This document shows, piece by piece, positions 57,137 to 64,000 of a stretch of 64,000 nucleotides of DNA. The DNA comes from a virus (lineage: Duplodnaviria; Caudoviricetes): IMG/VR virus record IMGVR_UViG_3300018012_000099. One strand, given 5' to 3'. The position numbers and the translations under genes are program-made. The notes beneath the pieces were generated by a model that saw only the letters and a program-made list of their open reading frames with translations, made no database searches and had not been told where the DNA came from. Numbering within the stretch: the stretch's first letter is position 1; every line of letters begins with the position of its first letter.

Positions 57137-58009
57137 ATGGAAGCACATATGAGAGCCCTTGTTCTTAGTGGCGGCGGGAGTAAATCAGCCTATTCCGTTG
57201 GTGTGCTGCAACATTTATTGGGTAATTTAGAAATTAAATATGATGCTATCGTTGGCGTCTCCTCTGGAGCCATTTGTGCTGCTTTTTTAGGTATGTTTTC
57301 TCATGGCTATGAAAAAGAATCTATCGACGCCCTGTCTAAAATATGGCTCAGTTTAAATAACGAAAAAATATATCAGAGATGGAATCCCTTTGGTCGTTTT
57401 CATGTGCTTTGGAAATTAGGATTTTTTGATAATTCACCCATGAAAGATTTAATCAGAGATAGCATATCATTAGAAAAAATACGATTATCGGGCAAAAATA
57501 TTACTGTTGGAACTGTCAGTTTAACTTCGGGAAAATATACCAATTTTGATCAGAATTCAGATGATTTTATTGGTGCGGTTATTAGTTCTGCCGCTTTTCC
57601 AGTTATGTTTGAACCTGTCATGATTGGAAATCAATTGTGGAGCGATGGGGGCATAAAATCTATTAGCCCTATTCATACGGCAATTATGCTGGGAGCAGAC
57701 CAAATTGATGTGATCGCTACCTCCCCAGAAACACGAGATAAAAGATGGATTGACAAGCCATCCATTATAGATATAATCAAGAGATCATTTGATCTCTTTA
57801 CGGAAAAAATACTTTCTAATGATATCGAAAAAGCCATCCTGTACAATAAGCTGGCATCCGTGGGATTAACCGAGAAAAAATGCGTACAGCTCAACATTAT
57901 CCGCCCAGATTACAACTTAATTGAGGATTTATTGGACTTCCATCCCACTAAAATAGCTGAAATGATTCAAAAAGGCTATCGCGACGCAAAATTGAAGTAC
58001 ACAGTGTAA
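57137..58009 (+). CDS. Patatin-like phospholipase
   Basis: LVLSGGGSKSAY, nucleophile GVSSG (GxSxG), WSDGG. Confidence 0.9.
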   Translation: MEAHMRALVLSGGGSKSAYSVGVLQHLLGNLEIKYDAIVGVSSGAICAAFLGMFSHGYEKESIDALSKIWLSLNNEKIYQRWNPFGRFHVLWKLGFFDNSPMKDLIRDSISLEKIRLSGKNITVGTVSLTSGKYTNFDQNSDDFIGAVISSAAFPVMFEPVMIGNQLWSDGGIKSISPIHTAIMLGADQIDVIATSPETRDKRWIDKPSIIDIIKRSFDLFTEKILSNDIEKAILYNKLASVGLTEKKCVQLNIIRPDYNLIEDLLDFHPTKIAEMIQKGYRDAKLKYTV

Positions 58010-58042
58010 TAATTCTACATACTATGATAGGAGCGCGCAAGA

Positions 58043-58402
58043 ATGACAACCAATGATTTCCCGGGAATTGGCTATACTAACTATGGACGTAATTTTAACT
58101 TTTTTCAAAAAGTATCGGTTACTGCCACCAGTTTTGGATCTAATAGTGTTGATGGATACCAGCCTGATGCTTTGATCACGTTTCCAACACAAACTGTAAC
58201 TTTTCAATTGGAGCCTGCCGCCGAATCTGACGGATATGGTCTCATTCAATATTCTTTTAATGGAATAACCATCGATGGCGACATGAGTTACGGAAATTAT
58301 AGTGCTAATTTAACTTTTGAAAATCGAGTTATTTCTAAAATTTGGTTTAAACTCGTTTCTGGTAGCGCTACCGTTAGAATAGAGGCTTGGGGCATTCGTT
58401 GA
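58043..58402 (+). CDS. Hypothetical beta-rich structural protein
   Basis: 119 aa, RBS AGGAG; two DGY motifs; ATW-N6-YAT motif at 58007-58021. Confidence 0.7.
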   Translation: MTTNDFPGIGYTNYGRNFNFFQKVSVTATSFGSNSVDGYQPDALITFPTQTVTFQLEPAAESDGYGLIQYSFNGITIDGDMSYGNYSANLTFENRVISKIWFKLVSGSATVRIEAWGIR

Positions 58403-58455
58403 TCGTTTAATATTTTTGGAGATGTTGAAGCCTGGGCATATAAATACATATTTAT

Positions 58456-59262
58456 ATGCGAGGTAAAATGGGAAGAAAATTTGTTGATTTGACTGGTCAG
58501 TGTTTCGGTATTCTAACTGTTATTAGGAAAACAGATAAAAATAAATTTGGACAATCTCGTTGGGTTTGTCGATGCACATGCGGCAATGAAATTACTACTG
58601 TCGGAAATAGGTTGATACAGGGCGGTGTAAAATCTTGTGGGTGCATCAAATTTACTAAAGATTTAAGTGGGCAAAAATTTGGTAGTTTGACGGTATTAAA
58701 TCAGTCCAAAACCGCTAACCAAAAAAATACTGGTAAACATATTTTTTGGTTGTGTCAATGTGTTTGTGGGATTAAAAAAGTTATTAGGGGAGATTCTTTG
58801 AAAAATGGAGAAGTAGTTTCGTGTGGTTGTTTACATCCACGTAAACCACATTCTGATCCAGAATCGGCTAGAATGTCCAGTGCTCGAAATGTATATAGAA
58901 ATACTTATATGGACGGAGATTTAAGTTTTGAAGATTTCTACGATCTTTCACAGTTGCCATGTTATTATTGTGGGGCACTTCCGTCAAATCGAGAAAATGT
59001 TTTTTTGAGACATCAATCCACAGATTTTGCAAAACGAAACGGTCTTTTTATTTACAATGGTCTTGACCGCGTGGACAGTAATTACGCACATGATAAGGAT
59101 AATGTTGTTCCGTGCTGCTACCCATGCAATTGGTCTAAATCCAGCAGAAGTGTCGATGATTTTGAAATATGGATAGTAAAATTGGCTATAAATTTGTGTA
59201 GCAGAGATAAATCCAAGTATCAGGAAATTATTGAATCTGTAGATGGTAATATGGTAGTATAA
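58456..59262 (+). CDS. HNH-type homing endonuclease with repeated Cys-rich DNA-binding units
   Basis: Two DL.GQ.FG.LTV...W.C.C.CG...SCGC units; NGLDRVDS...NVVPCC..CN. Confidence 0.85.
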   Translation: MRGKMGRKFVDLTGQCFGILTVIRKTDKNKFGQSRWVCRCTCGNEITTVGNRLIQGGVKSCGCIKFTKDLSGQKFGSLTVLNQSKTANQKNTGKHIFWLCQCVCGIKKVIRGDSLKNGEVVSCGCLHPRKPHSDPESARMSSARNVYRNTYMDGDLSFEDFYDLSQLPCYYCGALPSNRENVFLRHQSTDFAKRNGLFIYNGLDRVDSNYAHDKDNVVPCCYPCNWSKSSRSVDDFEIWIVKLAINLCSRDKSKYQEIIESVDGNMVV

Positions 59263-59277
59263 TAAAGTAATGAGGAG

Positions 59278-60357
59278 ATGATAATGACAATTTCATTAGA
59301 CAGTTTAACTTCTGATCCAGTTGGAACAGAAAATGGTTTAGTTACAAGAAATATTCCATCAGGAACACAAGATGTTAGTGGTTCTGAAGTTATTATCGAT
59401 GGTTATGTCCAAACCAATCCTAATGTTATTGTTTCTAATTTTCCATCGGAACAGCACGTACTTGTTGATGGTTATGTGGAAACTAATCCGGTGGTTATTC
59501 AGGGTACCAATCCTTGGAATGTTAGTATTAGTAATTTTCCATCCGATCAACATGTGATAATAGATGGCTATGTACAAACTAATCCAAATGTTAATGTCAC
59601 TAATTTTCCAGCAACACAAGCGGTCACTCAAAGTACTAGTCCGTGGGTAGTTTCATCTTCTGGCAATTTTAATAACTCTTCTGTTTCTTCTATTGCATCG
59701 GGCGCCCCCACTTCAGCTACTTTTGTTGGTGGTGAGGTTCAAGCTGTACAATCAGGTTTAACATCTGGAGATTTGTATCCACTCTCTTTAACCACTACTG
59801 GATTATTGCGTGTCGACGGATCAAATATTACACAGCCTGTCAGCGGTACCGTAACTGTCAATCAAGGCTCAGCGGCTGCCTTATCAGGCGCGTGGCCAGT
59901 AGAGATAACTGATGGATATGGTAATATTCTTGGAACTTCTTCCAATCCTATTATAACTACATCTAAAGCTGTTAATCGTACGACATTAACTTTTGTAGGT
60001 TCTCATTTTAATGGTGTAAGTAATACAGAAACTATGATAACTTTTACCCCATATTCTAATTTTGTGGCGGGAACTGCCGGAACTTCTTTTGCTGTTGACA
60101 CTGGTAAAACATTAAGATTACAAAGTATAATTTTAAGTGGTTATAATGGCAACGGATTTTTTAATTTAAGAATTTCTAGTAGCGGATCTGTTACCACAAG
60201 TACGCCAATTATTATAAGTGTGTATTTAACAGGCACTGTTAATGTTCCAATTCCAGAAGGACTAGAATTGACTGGATCGGTACAATTTGGAGTATCTCAA
60301 GTGCAAACTCCTACTGGCGCTGTATTTAGTATGACTATTACTGGATACGAATATTAA
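59278..60357 (+). CDS. Fibre-like structural protein with three DGYV(Q/E)TNP repeats
   Basis: Repeats at the N-terminus, WPVEITDG module, C-terminal domain paralogous to the 54542 protein ending GYEY. Confidence 0.75.
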   Translation: MIMTISLDSLTSDPVGTENGLVTRNIPSGTQDVSGSEVIIDGYVQTNPNVIVSNFPSEQHVLVDGYVETNPVVIQGTNPWNVSISNFPSDQHVIIDGYVQTNPNVNVTNFPATQAVTQSTSPWVVSSSGNFNNSSVSSIASGAPTSATFVGGEVQAVQSGLTSGDLYPLSLTTTGLLRVDGSNITQPVSGTVTVNQGSAAALSGAWPVEITDGYGNILGTSSNPIITTSKAVNRTTLTFVGSHFNGVSNTETMITFTPYSNFVAGTAGTSFAVDTGKTLRLQSIILSGYNGNGFFNLRISSSGSVTTSTPIIISVYLTGTVNVPIPEGLELTGSVQFGVSQVQTPTGAVFSMTITGYEY

Positions 60358-60383
60358 TTTTCCTGTAAGTTTAGGGGTAAGTC

Positions 60384-60725
60384 ATGCCATTTAGATTAAA
60401 TGATAATGGACAAATAGATACGACTAAATATAATGATCGCGCCATGTCTGAGCGAGAGACTCGACATAAATTATTATCTTGGGCGAGACAATTAGGCTAT
60501 GAAAGGGATATGCTACTGTTGTTTGCTAAGTTTGATAAACTACTAAAAAACTGTACTAATGAGGGAGAACGCAAAGATATTGCTGCATTAGGGTGGGCAG
60601 AAACCCTAAAATTGATGGGCTCATATGGCACTTTTTTCATGGATGGAAAAGTAATTTATTCGAAGGAAGATGATCAAAGATACTCTTTGCTCTTGAATAA
60701 AGAAGATAAAGGAATTGTGAAATGA
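60384..60725 (+). CDS. Hypothetical protein
   Basis: 113-aa ORF overlapping the start of the csp gene. Confidence 0.68.
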   Translation: MPFRLNDNGQIDTTKYNDRAMSERETRHKLLSWARQLGYERDMLLLFAKFDKLLKNCTNEGERKDIAALGWAETLKLMGSYGTFFMDGKVIYSKEDDQRYSLLLNKEDKGIVK

Positions 60726-60955
60726 CAGATAGTAAGTTTTTTGGCGAAGTGTTATGGTTCGATCCTGCTAGAGGATTTGGATTTATAGGTTGGGAGAAAG
60801 ATGGCGTACAACAAAAAGACCTGTTTGTCCACTTTTCCGATATTTCGTGCGAAGGTTTTAAAACCCTTTACAAGCATCAAAAGGTATCTTTTGGTCTGGG
60901 CACCAACATTCGTGGGCAACCCAAAGCAGTGGATGTCGCCGTCTTGAAGAACTAA
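60722..60955 (+). CDS. csp: Cold-shock domain protein
   Basis: GEVLWFD..RGFGFI (RNP1), DLFVHFSDI (RNP2), GFKTL. Confidence 0.92.
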   Translation: MTDSKFFGEVLWFDPARGFGFIGWEKDGVQQKDLFVHFSDISCEGFKTLYKHQKVSFGLGTNIRGQPKAVDVAVLKN

Positions 60956-60956
60956 A

Positions 60957-61040
60957 TTATCTATCTAGTTCTCTAATGATGATGTCTAATTTGCTGTTAA
61001 CATTATCCGTCAAGTTTTTGCCGTTAATTTTGAAAACCAC
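60957..61040 (-). pseudogene. Orphan 27-codon remnant resembling the C-terminus of the holin-like gene at 61635-61907
   Basis: VVFKINGKNLTDNVNSKLDIIIRELDR* aligns gap-free with VKNLENICTNKLDEILEHLKND*. Confidence 0.55.
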
Positions 61041-61642
61041 TTAGATGATAATTGTCTGAACTTTTTAATTTGTTTAGTTTTAGATATTTTTGCTTTAGTC
61101 TCTTCTGAACGTGGCTTACCAAAAGTCCAATGTTTATCTTGACGACAAGCGTTACTTATTTTGTTTTTAGTTTCTTGCGAGTGTTGTTTACCAAACATTG
61201 AGGTTTCTTGACCTATTTTTCTTGGTCTTTGTTTGGCTTTTTCCGACATTATCTGTTTGGTGTCCAAAGAATGTGTTTTGCCAAACATTTTATTATTTTC
61301 TCCCAAATTTAATTTTGAAAGTCTCTTTTTGCTTTCTTCTGAATGCCCTCCCTTATACCCTTCACCACCGTTAGTTAAATTATAGACATTGTTCTTGCCT
61401 AATAATTCTTTAGCTCTAATAATCCACTCTATCTCAGTATAATTAGCTTGATCTTCTGTTTCTACGCTAGTAATAATATTTAATGAAAAATTTTGTCTCC
61501 CATATTTGTTAATAGCAAGATCAATAGGCATAGACTTACTTTTACATGAATTGTGTTCCCAATTTCTTCTTTTGAGATTATTAGTTTGACCAATATATAC
61601 TTTACCATTGATCAAATTTTCATAAATATAAATATCAATCAT
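61010..61642 (-). CDS. GIY-YIG homing endonuclease
   Basis: DIYIYENLINGKVYIGQT; NUMOD3-like repeats FGKTHS / FGKQHS / FGKPRS. Confidence 0.9.
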   Translation of the reverse strand: MIDIYIYENLINGKVYIGQTNNLKRRNWEHNSCKSKSMPIDLAINKYGRQNFSLNIITSVETEDQANYTEIEWIIRAKELLGKNNVYNLTNGGEGYKGGHSEESKKRLSKLNLGENNKMFGKTHSLDTKQIMSEKAKQRPRKIGQETSMFGKQHSQETKNKISNACRQDKHWTFGKPRSEETKAKISKTKQIKKFRQLSSKWFSKLTAKT

Positions 61643-61907
61643 TTTTTAAATGTTCCAATATTTCATCTAATTTATTGGTACAAATATTTTCTAGATTTTT
61701 TACTTTGACATCCAGAGATGTAATATCTTTAGCATCTTGTAAAATGTGGTCGTTCAAACTTTTTTCAATATTGCTTAATTGATCGTCATGTTTTTGTCTG
61801 TATGTTCTAATTAATCCAATTACAGAAATAACGACGGCTACTATGACGCCAACGGAACTAATAATATCTTTGAGTTGTGACCACTGAATAACAGTGGGAT
61901 CACTCAT
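61635..61907 (-). CDS. Small single-TM protein with a coiled-coil C-terminus (holin-like)
   Basis: IISSVGVIVAVVISVIGLI followed by RTYRQK; the holin function is inferred. Confidence 0.6.
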   Translation of the reverse strand: MSDPTVIQWSQLKDIISSVGVIVAVVISVIGLIRTYRQKHDDQLSNIEKSLNDHILQDAKDITSLDVKVKNLENICTNKLDEILEHLKND

Positions 61908-62044
61908 TTTTTTCGCCTTTTAGTTTTGATTTTGGCGATAACGATGTCGCATTTATCACTAACTTGTTCGCAATCCGTTGCCACCTGTTCAGATGCTTCT
62001 AACACATCTGTTTGTTGTTTTACTTGTTGTTGCTTTTGTACCAT
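61904..62044 (-). CDS. Small 46-aa ORF (MVQKQQQVKQQTDVLEASEQVATDCEQVSDKCDIVIAKIKTKRRKK), below the ORF-track cutoff
   Basis: RBS AAGGGG, starts 2 nt after the upstream stop, ATGA overlap with the holin-like gene. Confidence 0.68.
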   Translation of the reverse strand: MVQKQQQVKQQTDVLEASEQVATDCEQVSDKCDIVIAKIKTKRRKK

Positions 62045-62046
62045 AA

Positions 62047-62508
62047 TTACCCCTTAGTAGCAATAAAAGGCTTGAACTCATCCATCTGCGCTAAATCGGC
62101 ATTCTCATTAGCGTATTCTTCATCTTTCTTTTGCTGATCGAGGTTGGAAACTTCTAATTCTTCGTAATGCGTCTCTTTGATTTCTAAGATAGATCGTTCC
62201 CTAGTTGGAATAAAGGTCTCTTTTAAGAATGGCATACTAGGTTGAATGATGTTGGGAGCCGTTTGACGAACTTTTATCTTATCGCTCTTTTTATAGATGG
62301 ATCCGCTAGATGCTGATTTTTGAAGTTGTTCTAAGGTATATTGATAATGTCTCTTATCCAATAGATTAATGGAACGAAATGCTGGCACCGTCAGATTTAA
62401 ATCTGCCAGACTAACATTACGATTACAAACGTTAGAAATCCAGAAGGTAGGAGCTTCTTTTACCATATGAGACCTCTTTGTAATACTAGTATATTCATAA
62501 TTTGTCAT
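62047..62508 (-). CDS. Hypothetical protein
   Basis: 153 aa; F.I.N....N-type start loosely resembles the 46956/50230 domain. Confidence 0.68.
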   Translation of the reverse strand: MTNYEYTSITKRSHMVKEAPTFWISNVCNRNVSLADLNLTVPAFRSINLLDKRHYQYTLEQLQKSASSGSIYKKSDKIKVRQTAPNIIQPSMPFLKETFIPTRERSILEIKETHYEELEVSNLDQQKKDEEYANENADLAQMDEFKPFIATKG

Positions 62509-62525
62509 AATACCAAAGGAACCAG

Positions 62526-62882
62526 ATGACCGAAATCTTACAATACATGCCGGGTATGCAAGTCACTATCTTTTTGGAAACATTAGATATCAATGGACAA
62601 CGTACCAACGATGGATATGATGGATACACCGTACCCGTGGTGACTCGTATCATTTTGCCGGGTTATACCTTAGCGATGGGATATCCACAACCACTTATTC
62701 AATTGGATGTAGGTCTATATACTTTTCAGTTTCAATTGCCTAGTGGAGCCGCGGCAGTCGGCAGTTATTTAGTAGATGTAGCCTATATGAATACGTTGGG
62801 GTTTGTGAATTATCAAACTTATCAAATTATTGTGACTGCGCCGTTTGGTCTCTACGGTATAACTGTGCCGAGTGTATCATGA
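62526..62882 (+). CDS. Ig-like (BppU-type) structural protein
   Basis: VTIFLETLD.NG...GLYTFQFQLP...GSYLVD; resembles the N-terminus of the next gene. Confidence 0.62.
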   Translation: MTEILQYMPGMQVTIFLETLDINGQRTNDGYDGYTVPVVTRIILPGYTLAMGYPQPLIQLDVGLYTFQFQLPSGAAAVGSYLVDVAYMNTLGFVNYQTYQIIVTAPFGLYGITVPSVS

Positions 62883-63775
62883 TTAAGGGTAGAGGCGAAT
62901 TAATTGACGTGACAGATCAGGTCAATTTAATTGTACAATTTAAAGATGCATCAGGTAACCCCATCAACACGGATTCCTTTCCACAAATTTCTATTGTTCA
63001 ACCCAGTGGCTTGGTGCTATTAGCGCCCACTTCTATGGGAGTAGCTCAAGTGGGGACGGGTCAATATTCCTATATCTTTACCGTTCCTATCAACGGTCCT
63101 TATGGTGTCTTCAATGATGTTTGGACGGGTTTTATCAATGGTTCTCGTGTGCAAGCCACTTTGAGTTTTGTGGTGACTCACACCCAGATTCCAGCCATCA
63201 ATACGGATGGTTACATTCATTTGGGTGATGATCCAGGATTTCGTTATTCCCAATGTGCTATTCAAAATATCAACAAATTGATTAAATCACTGAAGGCTAG
63301 ACTTAACAGCGCCGGTAAAGCTAAATCGGTAGATGGTTATGGCAATACTATCTATGTGGATTGTGATATCTTTTCAATTGATATGTTGGTGACTTTTATT
63401 GCTACAGCTTTGTGGGATTTTAATCAGGTGCCGTATTTTACTTTCTTTACTTTTGATGAAGATGATTTCGTTAATCAGTTCGGGGAGATTTTGGTGGAGG
63501 GAGCTACTTTGTATGCGTTGGCTTCCAAGGCTTTGATCGAGAGGGGAAGAGAGTTTCAGATTACGGATAATGGATTGAATTTTAATCCGCCGACGGTAAG
63601 TGAGTTGATGGAGACACAGTATTCGACACTACTAACGGCATATAATGATAAGCTACGATATATAAAGAACTCACTTCGTCCGGCACCAAGAGGTTTAGGA
63701 GTATTTAGTATGAATAGTGCTATAAACCCGGCATTTGCAAGATTACGCCACCTTAGGGCGAGACGTCTGATCTAA
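62879..63775 (+). CDS. Neck/head-tail adaptor-like protein with an N-terminal Ig-like domain
   Basis: VQFKDASG...GTGQYSYIFTVP; DIFSIDML..FI.TAL.DFNQ.P and ...FQITDNG.NF.PP helical adaptor-like C-terminus. Confidence 0.6.
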   Translation: MIKGRGELIDVTDQVNLIVQFKDASGNPINTDSFPQISIVQPSGLVLLAPTSMGVAQVGTGQYSYIFTVPINGPYGVFNDVWTGFINGSRVQATLSFVVTHTQIPAINTDGYIHLGDDPGFRYSQCAIQNINKLIKSLKARLNSAGKAKSVDGYGNTIYVDCDIFSIDMLVTFIATALWDFNQVPYFTFFTFDEDDFVNQFGEILVEGATLYALASKALIERGREFQITDNGLNFNPPTVSELMETQYSTLLTAYNDKLRYIKNSLRPAPRGLGVFSMNSAINPAFARLRHLRARRLI

Positions 63776-63777
63776 TA

Positions 63778-64000
63778 TTATCTATGTCTAGTTCTATTAA
63801 TACCTTCTAGAAAGTTCTGTTTAGATGATAAGGGACGTAAATTATTTAATGACCAACATCTCATAAATTTTTCATCGTCCATGGAGGTATAATCAAACAG
63901 TGACTGTGGAATAATATGGTCGATTTGCCATGTCCATGTTGAGCTGGCATTATCGTCCCATGTTTTAGGATTATATTTGCCATAGTTGTCCCAAGACATC
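63778..64000 (-). CDS. HNH homing-endonuclease-like protein, C-terminal part only (truncated by the window)
   Basis: WDNYGKYNPKTW...WTWQIDHIIPQS...CWSLNNLRPL, close paralog of 3402-4073. Confidence 0.85.
   Translation of the reverse strand, partial: MSWDNYGKYNPKTWDDNASSTWTWQIDHIIPQSLFDYTSMDDEKFMRCWSLNNLRPLSSKQNFLEGINRTRHR

Noticed and set aside
57137-58009. Patatin as part of a phage-borne CBASS system
   Set aside because: No CD-NTase or cap genes adjacent; the two NTases here are CCA/PAP class, not cGAS/DncV-like
59390-59610. Three spaced repeats in the 59278 gene resembling a mini-CRISPR or DGR template
   Set aside because: Protein-level DGYV(Q/E)TNP repeats with synonymous divergence; no adenine-specific mismatch pattern and no reverse transcriptase in the window
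87-63265. Numerous 60-170-aa antisense or alternate-frame ORFs in the track (e.g. 164-673, 4076-4537, 18189-18605, 38833-39339, 51823-52239, 55219-55608)
   Set aside because: Each is fully nested in a longer gene with clear motifs or codon bias; they are shadow ORFs
1-64000. Stop-codon reassignment, as found in some large phages
   Set aside because: Genes are full length and densely packed under the standard code; no fragmentation at TAG or TGA
1-64000. tRNA or other structured RNA genes, expected given two CCA-family enzymes
   Set aside because: Intergenic gaps are under about 180 nt, and I saw no cloverleaf or T-loop GTTCRA in a valid context; tRNAscan-SE/Infernal would be decisive
1-64000. 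Phage-nucleus system (chimallin/PhuZ) or multisubunit phage RNA polymerase
   Set aside because: No tubulin GGGTG(S/T)G motif or DxDGD-type polymerase motif recognised in this window; it could lie elsewhere in the genome

Overview
This window is part of a large, AT-rich tailed dsDNA phage genome (jumbo-phage-like Caudoviricetes), almost all on the + strand and in the standard genetic code. It has three blocks. (1) 1-10.3 kb, replication/recombination: RecA, SSB, RuvC-like resolvase, DnaJ, Zn-ribbon protein, Toprim primase and a sigma-region-4-like HTH protein. (2) 10.4-46.2 kb, head morphogenesis: TerL, portal, a 1222-aa protease-scaffold fusion, two decoration-like proteins, an HK97-type major capsid protein, about 20 unknown proteins, and three enzymes (divergent CCA/poly(A)-polymerase-family nucleotidyltransferase, lytic transglycosylase, dual-specificity phosphatase). 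(3) 46-64 kb, fibre/spike/neck-like genes plus a canonical CCA-adding enzyme, a patatin and a cold-shock protein. Ten free-standing homing-endonuclease-like genes are interspersed. I found no tRNA, rRNA, CRISPR array, intein or integrase. The most interesting signals are short motifs that divide the proteome. Head-cluster proteins carry a K-x-A(Q) motif at N-termini and domain junctions, often next to a shared ~35-aa helical hairpin, which suggests a capsid-targeting and protease-maturation code. Outer structural proteins carry a strongly enriched Asp-Gly-Tyr (DGY) motif that I did not find in the head cluster. Also notable are a bipartite ATW-N6-YAT candidate late promoter at about 16 intergenic sites, a recoded 3' end of the capsid gene next to a LAGLIDADG gene, and a displaced C-terminal remnant of a holin-like gene behind a GIY-YIG gene. 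All family calls come from motifs read by eye; no database search was run.
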